Positions 17,178-25,418 of a DNA stretch of 32,000 nucleotides are shown piece by piece (within the stretch, counting starts at the first letter, position 1; every line of letters starts with the position of its first letter). Position numbers and translations under genes: made by a program. Below the pieces are notes generated by a model. It saw nothing but the letters and a program-made list of their open reading frames with translations, was not told the DNA's origin and did not search any database. Source of the DNA: Gottschalkia acidurici 9a (GTDB taxonomy: Bacteria > Bacillota > Clostridia > Tissierellales > Gottschalkiaceae); assembly GCF_000299355.1 (NCBI RefSeq), contig NC_018664.1, forward strand, positions 2,991,993-3,023,992, in the 5' to 3' direction.

Positions 17178-18028
17178 AGTAAATCATCCCTTTCTAAGAC
17201 TACCTTTCTTCTATCATTTATAGATATTCCGTGTTTTTGGAATTCTTCTTTAATCGCTTTTCTAAGATTTCTTTCGACTTGCCATTGTTCCATAGGTCTA
17301 GTCATAGCCATCATAGATAAGGTTATTCCTTCTTTTGTAAGACTTGTAACACCTAGAACTTTAGGTCCAGATACTATTGTTTCTTCATTGGACATTGATT
17401 GTGCTACTCTTTCAAGTACCCTAAGAGCTTTATCGATATCTTCTTCGTAATTTATCCTAACCTCTACTAATGCCCTCATATCTCCTCTACTTCTATTAGT
17501 TACTATTTCTATTTTTCCATTAGGCATAATATGCAAGTCACCCGAGAAATCTCTTATTCTGGTTGATCTTATCCCTATTTCTTCTACTACTCCTTCATAC
17601 TCTCCTGTTTGAATATAGTCTCCTACAGAAAAATAGTCTTCGAACAGTATAAAAAATCCTGTTATAACGTCTTTAACTAAGCTCTGCGCTCCAAATCCTA
17701 TCGCAAGACCACCAACTCCTGCAGTTGCTAATATTGATTTTGTCTCTATGCCGAATTGATCTAGTATAGGTATTAAAGCTATGAAATAAAAGATGTATTT
17801 ACATAAACTTTTTAATATAATTGCTAAAGTATTTGCTTTTCTTTCTTCTATTCCTATCTTTAAGTTTTGTTGTCTCTTAAAAAATTTATCTATCATAACA
17901 TATGATATTTTAGTTATAATTTTAACACATATAAGGATTATTGCTATTTTTAATGTTTTTTCTAGAATTGTAATATGTTTGTCTTCTCCTAAAAGCCATC
18001 TATTTATTTCATTAAATACTTCTATCAA
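17174..18028 (-). CDS. Small-conductance mechanosensitive channel (MscS family)
   Basis: 284 aa. Three N-terminal TM helices, then the MscS core (AGVGGLAIGFGAQSLVKDVITGFFILFEDYFSVGDYI...GVVEEIGIRSTRIRDFSGDLHIMPNG). Confidence 0.85.
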   Translation of the reverse strand: MIEVFNEINRWLLGEDKHITILEKTLKIAIILICVKIITKISYVMIDKFFKRQQNLKIGIEERKANTLAIILKSLCKYIFYFIALIPILDQFGIETKSILATAGVGGLAIGFGAQSLVKDVITGFFILFEDYFSVGDYIQTGEYEGVVEEIGIRSTRIRDFSGDLHIMPNGKIEIVTNRSRGDMRALVEVRINYEEDIDKALRVLERVAQSMSNEETIVSGPKVLGVTSLTKEGITLSMMAMTRPMEQWQVERNLRKAIKEEFQKHGISINDRRKVVLERDDLL

Positions 18029-18041
18029 TATACCACCATTT

Positions 18042-18305
18042 CTAATTAATTTTTTGAGCTAATCTTACTCCTTCTTCTCTCTTCATTTCATATATTCCTT
18101 TTATAGATAGGTCACTGTTGTCTATAGTGCTTTGTACTTCTTGCAGATCTTCTTCTTCAAATCTTATAGAAAGACCGCAACTAGCTGTTATTTCTCTCGG
18201 TGTAGGCATCATCTTTATATTTAAATTATGCTCTTTAAAAAGCTTCTCTCCTTTTATTGCATGATGCGTAGAATTAAATGATATTACAAAAAATTTTTCT
18301 TCCAT
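18042..18305 (-). CDS. DUF3343-family small protein (putative Se/S carrier-like)
   Basis: 87 aa. FNSTHHAIKGEKLFKEHNLNIKMMPTPREITASCGLSIRF pattern, adjacent to the YedF-like gene. Confidence 0.55.
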   Translation of the reverse strand: MEEKFFVISFNSTHHAIKGEKLFKEHNLNIKMMPTPREITASCGLSIRFEEEDLQEVQSTIDNSDLSIKGIYEMKREEGVRLAQKIN

Positions 18306-18352
18306 AAAATCATCCTTTGCATTATAATTTTTGAACTAAAATAAATTTTAAA

Positions 18353-18952
18353 TTATAGAGTTATAGTATTTTGTGCATTGTTCATTTCATCAGCTATTAC
18401 ATACATATTACCTATTTCTCCTACTAATAACTTCTCTTTTAAATCGTAATAGTCTAAGCATGTTCCACAAGAAACTATTTTAACTCCTTTTTCTTCTAGC
18501 TTTTTAAGATCATTTATGACTTCTGATCCTTCTGTAGTTAATAGTACTCCACCGTTAACAAATAAAAGTGTCTTTGGTATTTCTTCTAACTCCGTTAAGG
18601 TATATATATATCCTTTTATAAGAACCTTTCCTAGCTCATCATTTCCATGTCCCATTTTATTTTTAGTAAACAGTATTACATTATCTTTAAAGTTAGTTAC
18701 ATCACAAACTCCATGGTCTGAATCTGTAGTTTCTTTAGAATCCTTGTTTATTGTAATGTAAAAGTCTCCTTCTTTAGACTCTACGTTATATTCAAGACCA
18801 ATACTTTTAGCTAATTTAGAAACATTTTCTTTAGCAACTTCATTATCAACTATTGTAAGTATAGTTCCACTTTGTATTTCATCTAATGCCTTTTTAGTCA
18901 TTATAAAAGGCTTCGGACAGTTTTCTCCTCTAGCATCTATCTCTTTTATCAT
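18353..18952 (-). CDS. yedF: YedF-like selenium-metabolism protein (TusA/SirA-like N-domain plus DsrE-like C-domain)
   Basis: 199 aa. N-terminal DARGENCPKPFIMTKKAL (CPxP TusA motif) and a C-terminal region with SCGTCLDYY. Confidence 0.65.
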   Translation of the reverse strand: MIKEIDARGENCPKPFIMTKKALDEIQSGTILTIVDNEVAKENVSKLAKSIGLEYNVESKEGDFYITINKDSKETTDSDHGVCDVTNFKDNVILFTKNKMGHGNDELGKVLIKGYIYTLTELEEIPKTLLFVNGGVLLTTEGSEVINDLKKLEEKGVKIVSCGTCLDYYDLKEKLLVGEIGNMYVIADEMNNAQNTITL

Positions 18953-19175
18953 TTTAATCCTCTCCTAATACATATTCTCGTTAAATATATTATATATTTT
19001 CTTATCATAGTTATTCAAATAGTATATATCAATAAATTAACTATATTATATCATATTTTTCAATTATCCTATTAATGATACTTCTATAATAAGTCTTTAT
19101 TTTGGCAAAGATATATTATAAAGAGTTAAAAAACTTATCCTTAAATCTTTGTGATGAGAGAAAGTAGGTGATATC

Positions 19176-19526
19176 ATGAAAAAAGAATCTATAGGAAAAT
19201 GTCCTATATGCAGTGAGCAAATAACTATTACTAAAATGCATTGCGAATATTGTGAAACTACTATAGAAGGTAACTTCTATCTTTGTAAATTTTGTGAACT
19301 AGATAATAAACAAAAAGAGTTTCTTGAAATATTTATAAGATCAAGAGGTAACTTAAAAGAAGTTGAGAAAGAAATAGGTATTTCTTACCCTACTATTCGA
19401 AATAAGTTAGAAGAAATTACAAATATCCTAAATGGTAATTGTGAAGAAAGAAACCTTAATAAAGAGGAAATATTATCTAGAATTAATTCTGAAGATACTA
19501 ATTCTATTAATATAATCGAACATTAA
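19176..19526 (+). CDS. DUF2089-family zinc-ribbon/HTH protein
   Basis: 116 aa. CPICSEQ...MHCEYCET...LCKFC zinc-ribbon cysteines, followed by EFLEIFIRSRGNLKEVEKEIGISYPTIRNKLEEI (HTH-like). Confidence 0.65.
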   Translation: MKKESIGKCPICSEQITITKMHCEYCETTIEGNFYLCKFCELDNKQKEFLEIFIRSRGNLKEVEKEIGISYPTIRNKLEEITNILNGNCEERNLNKEEILSRINSEDTNSINIIEH

Positions 19527-19549
19527 ATAGATATTTTAATCTCCACAAG

Positions 19550-19587
19550 AAAGAGGGAAAATAGTATTTTAAAAATCTTCCCTCTTT
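19550..19587. terminator. Hairpin between convergent DUF2089 and hisC genes (weak U-tract)
   Basis: aaagagggaa-N18-ttccctcttt. Confidence 0.45.
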
Positions 19588-19605
19588 AAATATTTAAATA
19601 TTAAA

Positions 19606-20667
19606 TTAAGAATTTAGAATTTCTTTTACACCTTTAACAAAAGCATCCATTTCTTCATCAGTCCCTATACTAACTCTTAAGAAGTTATCTATTCTAGGGC
19701 TGTTAAAGTATCTAACTAATATACCCTTTTCTTTTAATTTTATAAACAGTTCCTCTGCATTCACTGATGAGTGACTAATAAACACAAAATTTGCCTTAGA
19801 TTCTATTACATAGAATCCTATATTCTTTAGTTCATTTGATATTCTTTCTCTAGTATTTATTATTTTAGTTCTTGTTTCTTCAAAATATCCTTCATCTTTT
19901 ATTGCTTCTATTGATCCATATAGTGCCAGCGTGTCTATCGTATATGAATTTATAGAGTTCTTTATTCTATTCAATCCTTCTATTAGATCCTCATGTCCTA
20001 ATGCAAATCCCACTCTAAGTCCTGCTAGTGAACGTGACTTAGATAGTGTTTGAATTACTAATAAATTTGGATATTTATTAACTAGTTTAGCTGAAGATAT
20101 CCCTCCGAAGTCTATATAAGCTTCATCTACTATTACAACTTTATCCATATTCTTTTTCAAAATTTCTTCAATATATTCAATATCTATATATTTACCAGTT
20201 GGTGCATTTGGGTTTGGAAATATAATTCCACTATTTTTTTCACTAAAAGATTCTATTGGTATAGAAAAATTATCATCTAAAGATATTAAGTTATAATTTA
20301 TTTTAAATAAGTTGGCGTAAACTGGATAAAAGCTATATGTTATATCAGGGAAAATTATGGTTTCTCCTGGATTAAAAAATGCCATAAAAGCGAAGGCTAA
20401 AACTTCATCAGATCCATTTCCTATAAATACTTGTGTATTTTTCAGAGAGTAGTACTCACCTATTGTATCTCTAAGTTTTTCCACTGTTGGCTCTGGATAT
20501 AACTTTAATTTCTCATTTGCTGTATTCTTTATAGCTTCTATAACTCTTTTTGAAGGTGGATATGGATTTTCATTAGTATTAAGTTTAATATAAGTTTTGT
20601 CCTTTGGCTGTTCCCCAGGTATATATGGTTTTATTTCTTTTGTTATTTCACTCCAGTACTTACTCAT
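19606..20667 (-). CDS. hisC: Histidinol-phosphate aminotransferase (class II aminotransferase)
   Basis: 353 aa. LNTNENPYPPS N-terminal motif, PNPNAPTG, and TLSKSRSLAGLRVGF (PLP Lys). Confidence 0.8.
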   Translation of the reverse strand: MSKYWSEITKEIKPYIPGEQPKDKTYIKLNTNENPYPPSKRVIEAIKNTANEKLKLYPEPTVEKLRDTIGEYYSLKNTQVFIGNGSDEVLAFAFMAFFNPGETIIFPDITYSFYPVYANLFKINYNLISLDDNFSIPIESFSEKNSGIIFPNPNAPTGKYIDIEYIEEILKKNMDKVVIVDEAYIDFGGISSAKLVNKYPNLLVIQTLSKSRSLAGLRVGFALGHEDLIEGLNRIKNSINSYTIDTLALYGSIEAIKDEGYFEETRTKIINTRERISNELKNIGFYVIESKANFVFISHSSVNAEELFIKLKEKGILVRYFNSPRIDNFLRVSIGTDEEMDAFVKGVKEILNS

Positions 20668-20764
20668 CTATTCTTCGCTCCTTTAAGTGGTGTTCAGAAG
20701 CTTTATACTAGCTCCTAGATCCATAGTTGTATTCTTAATGAATATTCTATCATAAAGTTGATCT

Positions 20765-21871
20765 TTATTGACTTACAATCTCAAATATATCTATTTTATT
20801 GTTTGTAAATATAAATACTTTGTTATTAGCTTTATCAACTTTCTTTGCCTTTTCTTTTATTCTATACTTTAAGTTTATTTTTTCTTTTTTTATTCCTAGT
20901 AACTCTTCATCCCCTGCTAAGATAATATCATCATTATCAATAATTATCTGATTATATATCTTGTTAAATGTCTTTTTATATTTTCTATCTCCGTCATTAT
21001 CTAAAACTTCTAAGTTTGTATTTTTGTCCCCATATAATATATATATTTCTTTACTACCTAAAGTTTTTATGTCCTTTAAGTTGTAATCTATATCTTTACT
21101 CCATAATACTTTACCTTTATTATCAATACATATTATCTGTTTATCCTCTACTAAAACCATCTTTTTATTATCTAAAAACAAGGTATTATATATTAGTTTT
21201 TTCTCTAAATCTTTTTCCCAAACTATATTTCCTTTGTTATCTAAATAAGTTAAATCACTTTTTAATTCTGTAGATTTTTTATCAATATCAGTTACTATAT
21301 AATTATTCTTGTCCTGTGATACATTTGCTGATAGTATTTCTTTGTTGTTTTTATCATTACTTAAAACTTCATTTCCATTTTGATCTAATATCGTAATTCT
21401 TCTTATATCCTCATTTACCTTAGAATATATAAATAAGTACTCTTGATTTTCCGATATAGTGTATATCGGGTACTTTGTATCGTATGACCATATTTTCTTT
21501 CCATCTATATCAATTTTATCTATGTTTCCTTTTTCTTTATCTCCTATATATATTCCCTTTTCTCCTAAGCATACTATCTCTTTATCTTCGTCAATATTCC
21601 TATGCCAATTTTTTTGATTATCGAAACTGTAAGATACCAACTTCCCATCATCAGTAATCATTACAGAGTCATCATACCCTTTCATATTAATCTTTTCATT
21701 CCAATTAACTTCTATATGTCCTCTGTTTATTAATTTTTTCTCTCTAACGCTAGTTATATCTTCTATCTTCTCTTTTACAAGAGTTATAGTAAATATAAGT
21801 ATTATAAATGAGATTAAAGATATAGATGCTCTCCTTTTATTAACTTTTGTTTTTGATGTCAATTTTTTCAC
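20765..21871 (-). CDS. Hypothetical N-terminally anchored protein with repeated beta-propeller-like units
   Basis: 368 aa. Basic N-terminus plus one TM (ISLISFIILIFTITLV). Then repeated D/N-x-G-K-x-(V/I)-W units (DDGKLVSYSF, DGKKIWSY, NKGNIVWEK, NKGKVLWSK). Possibly DUF5711-like; not verified. Confidence 0.45.
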   Translation of the reverse strand: MKKLTSKTKVNKRRASISLISFIILIFTITLVKEKIEDITSVREKKLINRGHIEVNWNEKINMKGYDDSVMITDDGKLVSYSFDNQKNWHRNIDEDKEIVCLGEKGIYIGDKEKGNIDKIDIDGKKIWSYDTKYPIYTISENQEYLFIYSKVNEDIRRITILDQNGNEVLSNDKNNKEILSANVSQDKNNYIVTDIDKKSTELKSDLTYLDNKGNIVWEKDLEKKLIYNTLFLDNKKMVLVEDKQIICIDNKGKVLWSKDIDYNLKDIKTLGSKEIYILYGDKNTNLEVLDNDGDRKYKKTFNKIYNQIIIDNDDIILAGDEELLGIKKEKINLKYRIKEKAKKVDKANNKVFIFTNNKIDIFEIVSQ

Positions 21872-21891
21872 TCCTTAGTTCTTAAACAAAT

Positions 21892-22989
21892 CTAGCGTGA
21901 GGTCTTTGCAAATATCTTTTTATATATGCTTATAAATACAAATAAAAATAAAAATAGTGATCCTATATACCCAAATATAGGATAAAAAGTACTTACTAAA
22001 TTAGAAAATCCTATTCTCGCAAAAGGAACTGTTACGGCACAAAGTACTATTGCAACTATTTTAAAGTTTATTTTAGTAACTACACTAACTCTACTTATAA
22101 GCCCAAATCCGTTTCCTACCGCAGTAGTAAACATAGCGATCCAAAGTATAACACTATACATAACCTCTCCGCCTGATCCTATATATGAAGCTGCCTTTAT
22201 CATAGGTATTTCAATTTGATATACGTCTTTGTATAATATTAGTAAAGGTAAAATTATAAATAGAGACAACAAGCCTAATCCTAGGCCTCCCATTATACCA
22301 CCTGTTATAGCTGACCTCTTGTTCTTAATAATAGGTAAAAGTGAAGATAGTACTGCCACTGCAGATAATATATTATAACTTACATATAATATTGAAGAAA
22401 TAAACCAGTTATATTTAAAAGGTTTATTAGGTCCTATATATGTCGTATTTACTCCTTCTACATTAACAACAAGAAGTCCTATAACAACGATGACAATTAT
22501 TAAAAATGGTATCAATATAGTATTAACTATAGATATCCCTCTCACGCTATACATCATTGTAATCAGTGCTAGAACAGCCATTACCGCAAGTCCTATATCA
22601 TATGACATATTCAACTGATTTTTAAATAATGTACCGCTTCCTGCTAACATTATACAAAAACTCATAAATAGATAAGACAACATAAAAAGTTCTATTATTA
22701 TACCTAGCTTCTTCCCCAATACAGGAAATATGATGTCCTGATAACTTTGATATTTTCCTGTATATACTTTTAGCAAAATTACTGCAGCTATTATAGCAAA
22801 TAGTATAGACGATAATATTATTCCAAATATTCCTTTCGTTCCATAGTCCCCGAAAAATTGTAATATTTCTTTACCTGATGCGAAACCCGCACCTATTACC
22901 GTACCTATGTAGATACTTGCTATTTCCTTCCACTTTGTTTTATTCTCAATAGTATTTATTCCTCTCAGTCTAATATCCGTTGTTATCAA
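21892..22989 (-). CDS. YkvI-family polytopic membrane transporter-like protein
   Basis: 365 aa with about 11 hydrophobic segments. YIGTVIGAGFASGKEILQFF signature near the N-terminus. The only in-frame start is TTG 22989, which has no SD, so the start assignment is uncertain. Confidence 0.65.
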   Translation of the reverse strand: MITTDIRLRGINTIENKTKWKEIASIYIGTVIGAGFASGKEILQFFGDYGTKGIFGIILSSILFAIIAAVILLKVYTGKYQSYQDIIFPVLGKKLGIIIELFMLSYLFMSFCIMLAGSGTLFKNQLNMSYDIGLAVMAVLALITMMYSVRGISIVNTILIPFLIIVIVVIGLLVVNVEGVNTTYIGPNKPFKYNWFISSILYVSYNILSAVAVLSSLLPIIKNKRSAITGGIMGGLGLGLLSLFIILPLLILYKDVYQIEIPMIKAASYIGSGGEVMYSVILWIAMFTTAVGNGFGLISRVSVVTKINFKIVAIVLCAVTVPFARIGFSNLVSTFYPIFGYIGSLFLFLFVFISIYKKIFAKTSR

Positions 22990-23211
22990 AAATCTACTTA
23001 GTTAGGTCTCCGCAATGTTCTTAGATTCTTGATAACTACCTCCTTTCTTACTATACTTTTAAATAAATTATTGAACATTGTTTTTAAAACCCTTTTATTA
23101 TGTATACTCCGGGATATTAGCAAATACTACTAATATTTATTATATATCTTTTAATGGAACTTATCTATATTTAGCACTTAATATGATACCTGGAAAGAAT
23201 AGGATACCCTC

Positions 23212-23247
23212 AAAAAATAAAAAAGAACTCAGTCATCTGAATTCTTT
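23212..23247 (-). terminator. Intrinsic terminator after the XRE regulator gene
   Basis: Minus-sense aaagaattcag-atga-ctgagttcttt (one mismatch) followed by tttatttttt. Confidence 0.6.
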
Positions 23248-23374
23248 TAATCCTTTTTTCATAATCTTTTACTAGAAAAAATTCATCCCAGTACAACAAT
23301 ACTTTTCTTATTCACACACTATCTTTAATTATTATATAAGAATAATATTGATCTTTTCATCTTCCCTAATATCC

Positions 23375-23593
23375 TTATTTTCTTTTATAAGGTCTACTTT
23401 CATCCGTACCCTCAACCAAATAATCGATACTTGTGTCAAATAAATCAGCAATCTTGATAAGAGCTTGAATTGAAAAGTTAGATTTACCTAACTCATATTC
23501 TGAATAAGTTGTTTGATGAATATTAAGGTAATCGGCCATTTCTTTTTGTGTCATATCTCTATCCTCTCGAAGGTTTCTTATTCGCTTAAACAT
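23375..23593 (-). CDS. Small XRE-family helix-turn-helix transcriptional regulator
   Basis: 72 aa. RIRNLREDRDMTQKEMADYLNIHQTTYSEYELGKSNFSIQALIKIADLFDTSIDYLVE is a canonical Cro/C1 HTH. SD agaggtga. Confidence 0.85.
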   Translation of the reverse strand: MFKRIRNLREDRDMTQKEMADYLNIHQTTYSEYELGKSNFSIQALIKIADLFDTSIDYLVEGTDESRPYKRK

Positions 23594-23625
23594 AATAATA
23601 TCACCTCTGTATATTATTATGTATT

Positions 23626-23670
23626 AAGGGCTACACCCTTATTGACCCTTAAGGGTAATTCCCTTAGAAT
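23626..23670 (+). promoter_or_regulatory. Paired palindromic operators overlapping a plus-strand sigma-A-like promoter, divergent from the XRE gene
   Basis: AAGGG-ctaca-CCCTT (23626-23640) and AAGGG-taatt-CCCTT (23651-23665), with CCCTTAAGGG at 23646-23655. TTGACC (23642-23647), 17-nt spacer, TAGAAT (23665-23670). Confidence 0.5.
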
Positions 23671-23953
23671 AGAACTGATTTTCGAACTCCTTGAATAAGA
23701 AAAAAATTAGTTAAGCTATTTTCAGATTTTTATGTAGAAAATTTAAGATTCAAAAAATGGTCGATAGTGAACTTTATAGGTTCTAGTTGATAAGTTCTTA
23801 GAATTGACAAGGCAAAGCGCCGTACTGAAAAGATTGACAATAAAAGTATTATACAATTTTATTGATTATATTATAGTTCATCATAGAAGAAAACAAGCAC
23901 TGTTATAATCAAAGATTAGATATTTACCTTAAATACACTTGTAGTTGTCTACT

Positions 23954-23998
23954 AAAAATAAAAAAGTAGTAATAACAATCTTGACTGTCATTACTACT
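23954..23998 (-). terminator. Intrinsic terminator ending the rRNA-tRNA operon
   Basis: Minus-sense agtagtaatgaca-N7-tgttattactact stem followed by ttttttattttt, directly after tRNA-Pro. Confidence 0.75.
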
Positions 23999-24010
23999 CA
24001 CTTTTCACAT

Positions 24011-24087
24011 TGGTCGGGGTGGAGGGACTCGAACCCCCGGCCCCATGGTCCCAAACCACGTACGCTACCAAACTGCGCTACACCCCG
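24011..24087 (-). tRNA. tRNA-Pro (UGG)
   Basis: 77 nt. Sense CGGGGTGTAGCGCAGTTTGGTAGCG..CGTGG-TTTGGGA-CCATG..GGTTCGAGTCCC..CCA. Confidence 0.9.
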
Positions 24088-24135
24088 ATATATATCATTT
24101 GATTTTAATAAAAATCCAAACTAATTAAGCATTAT

Positions 24136-24224
24136 TGGCGGAGGAGGTGGGATTCGAACCCACGTGGGCTTGCACCCTAACGGTTTTCAAGACCGCCCCG
24201 TTATGACCACTTCGGTACCCCTCC
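24136..24224 (-). tRNA. tRNA-Ser (UGA)
   Basis: 89 nt with a long variable arm. Anticodon loop CTTGAAA. CCA encoded. Confidence 0.9.
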
Positions 24225-24228
24225 GGAT

Positions 24229-24304
24229 TGGTGATCCATCCGCGACTCGAACGCGGGACACCCTGATTAAAAGTCAGGTGCTCTACCGACTGAGCTAATA
24301 GATC
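24229..24304 (-). tRNA. tRNA-Lys (UUU)
   Basis: 76 nt. Differs from the 9292-9367 copy by one compensatory acceptor-stem pair (C-G to T-A). Confidence 0.9.
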
Positions 24305-24320
24305 ACAAAATATTTACTTC

Positions 24321-24396
24321 TGGCTGGGGTAGCAGGACTCGAACCTACGCATGCCAGAATCAAAATCTGGTGCCTTACCAACTTGGCGATACCCCA
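24321..24396 (-). tRNA. tRNA-Gln (UUG)
   Basis: 76 nt. Sense TGGGGTATCGCCAAGTTGGTAAGGC..CCAGA-TTTTGAT-TCTGG..GGTTCGAGTCC..CCA. Confidence 0.9.
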
Positions 24397-24416
24397 ACAT
24401 GTTATATATTATTTAT

Positions 24417-24493
24417 TGGCGTGCCTACAGGGATTCGAACCCCGGACACTCGGCTTAGAAGGCCGATGCTCTATCCAGCTGAGCTATAGGCAC
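24417..24493 (-). tRNA. tRNA-Arg (UCU)
   Basis: 77 nt. Anticodon loop CTTCTAA. CCA encoded. Confidence 0.9.
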
Positions 24494-24501
24494 TCGTTTT
24501 T

Positions 24502-24575
24502 TGGAGCGGGTGAAGGGAATCGAACCCTCGCAACTGGCTTGGAAGGCCAGGGCTCTACCACTGAGCTACACCCGC
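24502..24575 (-). tRNA. tRNA-Gly (UCC)
   Basis: 74 nt. Anticodon loop CTTCCAA. CCA encoded. Confidence 0.9.
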
Positions 24576-24586
24576 ATATTATATTT

Positions 24587-24672
24587 TGGTGGAGGAGACT
24601 GGATTCGAACCAGTGAAAGCGAAGCTAACGGATTTACAGTCCGTCCCCTTTGGCCAGCTCGGGAACTCCTCC
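24587..24672 (-). tRNA. tRNA-Tyr (GUA)
   Basis: 86 nt with a long variable arm. Anticodon loop CTGTAAA. CCA encoded. Confidence 0.9.
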
Positions 24673-24676
24673 ATAT

Positions 24677-24752
24677 TGGTGGGCGCGACAGGGCTCGAAC
24701 CTGTGACCCCCTGCTTGTAAGGCAGGTGCTCTCCCAGCTGAGCTACGCGCCC
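24677..24752 (-). tRNA. tRNA-Val (UAC)
   Basis: 76 nt. Differs from the 9095-9170 copy by one compensatory acceptor pair (T-A to C-G). Confidence 0.9.
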
Positions 24753-24787
24753 GTAATTTTATTACGGATTTCTGGGATTTTCTTTTT

Positions 24788-24862
24788 TGGTGACCCTACC
24801 GGGATTCGAACCCGGGTTACCGCCGTGAAAGGGCGGTGTCTTAACCGCTTGACCATAGGGCC
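24788..24862 (-). tRNA. tRNA-Glu (UUC)
   Basis: 75 nt, identical to the 9209-9283 copy. Confidence 0.9.
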
Positions 24863-24869
24863 ATCTATA

Positions 24870-24946
24870 TGGTAGCGGTGAACGGATTTGAACCGCTGAC
24901 ACTGCGGGTATGAACCGCATGCTCTAGCCAACTGAGCTACACCGCC
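24870..24946 (-). tRNA. tRNA-Met (CAU), elongator type
   Basis: 77 nt. Sense GGCGGTGTAGCTCAGTTGGCTAGAGC..TGCGG-TTCATAC-CCGCA. Resembles Bacillus elongator Met. It lacks the initiator features. Confidence 0.8.
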
Positions 24947-25024
24947 ATATTCAACTCGTAAAACTGATTTTTTCCAAGTTAATACTCAGCCTTAAGCTGA
25001 GTTCATGTTTTAGTTTATATATTT

Positions 25025-25099
25025 TGGTTGCGGGGACCGGATTTGAACCGATGACCTTCGGGTTATGAGCCCGACGAGCTGCCGCTGCTCCACCCCGCG
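25025..25099 (-). tRNA. tRNA-fMet (CAU), initiator
   Basis: 75 nt. Sense CGCGGGGTGGAGCAGC...TCGGGCTCATAACCCGA, with a C1 mismatch and three G-C pairs in the anticodon stem. Confidence 0.85.
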
Positions 25100-25110
25100 A
25101 TAATAGTTAT

Positions 25111-25225
25111 CTAGCAACGTCTTACTCTCCCAGGCAGTTTCCCACCAAGTACCATTAGCGCTGAAGGGCTTAACTTCTGTGTTCGGTATGGGAACAGGTG
25201 TGACCCCTTCGCTATCGTCACTAAA
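25111..25225 (-). rRNA. rrf: 5S rRNA, distal copy
   Basis: About 115 nt. Sense ..AGTGACGATAGCGAAGGGGTCACACCTGTTCCCATACCGAACACAGAAGTTAAGCCCTTCAGCGCTAATGGTACTTGGTGGGAAACTGCCTGGGAGAGTAAGACGTTGCTAG. Confidence 0.9.
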
Positions 25226-25241
25226 TATAATAACATTTTTT

Positions 25242-25330
25242 TGGTGCCGAGGACCGGAATCGAACCGGTACGATCTTTAAGGATCGCAGGATTTTAAGTC
25301 CTGTGCGTCTGCCAGTTCCGCCACCCCGGC
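25242..25330 (-). tRNA. tRNA-Leu (UAA)
   Basis: 89 nt with a long variable arm. Anticodon loop CTTAAAA. CCA encoded. Confidence 0.9.
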
Positions 25331-25336
25331 AAAAAA

Positions 25337-25411
25337 TGGCTCTCAGGGTGGGACTCGAACCCACAACCTACCGATTAACAGTCGGGTGCTCCACCGTTGA
25401 GCTACCTAAGA
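25337..25411 (-). tRNA. tRNA-Asn (GUU)
   Basis: 75 nt. Anticodon loop CTGTTAA. CCA encoded. Confidence 0.9.
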
Positions 25412-25418
25412 ATAAAAA

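Noticed and set aside
23078-23275. The 65-aa plus-strand track ORF between the YkvI-family gene and the XRE gene.
   Set aside because: It has no SD and a low-complexity Tyr/Ile/Asn-rich translation, and it overlaps the XRE terminator hairpin. It is most likely non-coding intergenic DNA.
23600-24087. A genomic island integrated at the 3' end of tRNA-Pro and carrying the XRE gene.
   Set aside because: I found no direct repeat of the tRNA-Pro 3' end to the left, and no integrase nearby. The rRNA-operon terminator sits intact immediately after the tRNA.
24383-24931. Track ORFs 24383..24616, 24501..24875 and 24743..24931 (and 9144..9329 in the other cluster), which span strings of tRNA genes.
   Set aside because: They are tiled exactly by cloverleaf tRNA genes on the minus strand. 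Peptides such as GIRTRVTAVKGRCLNRLTIGP are just translated T-arm and acceptor sequences.
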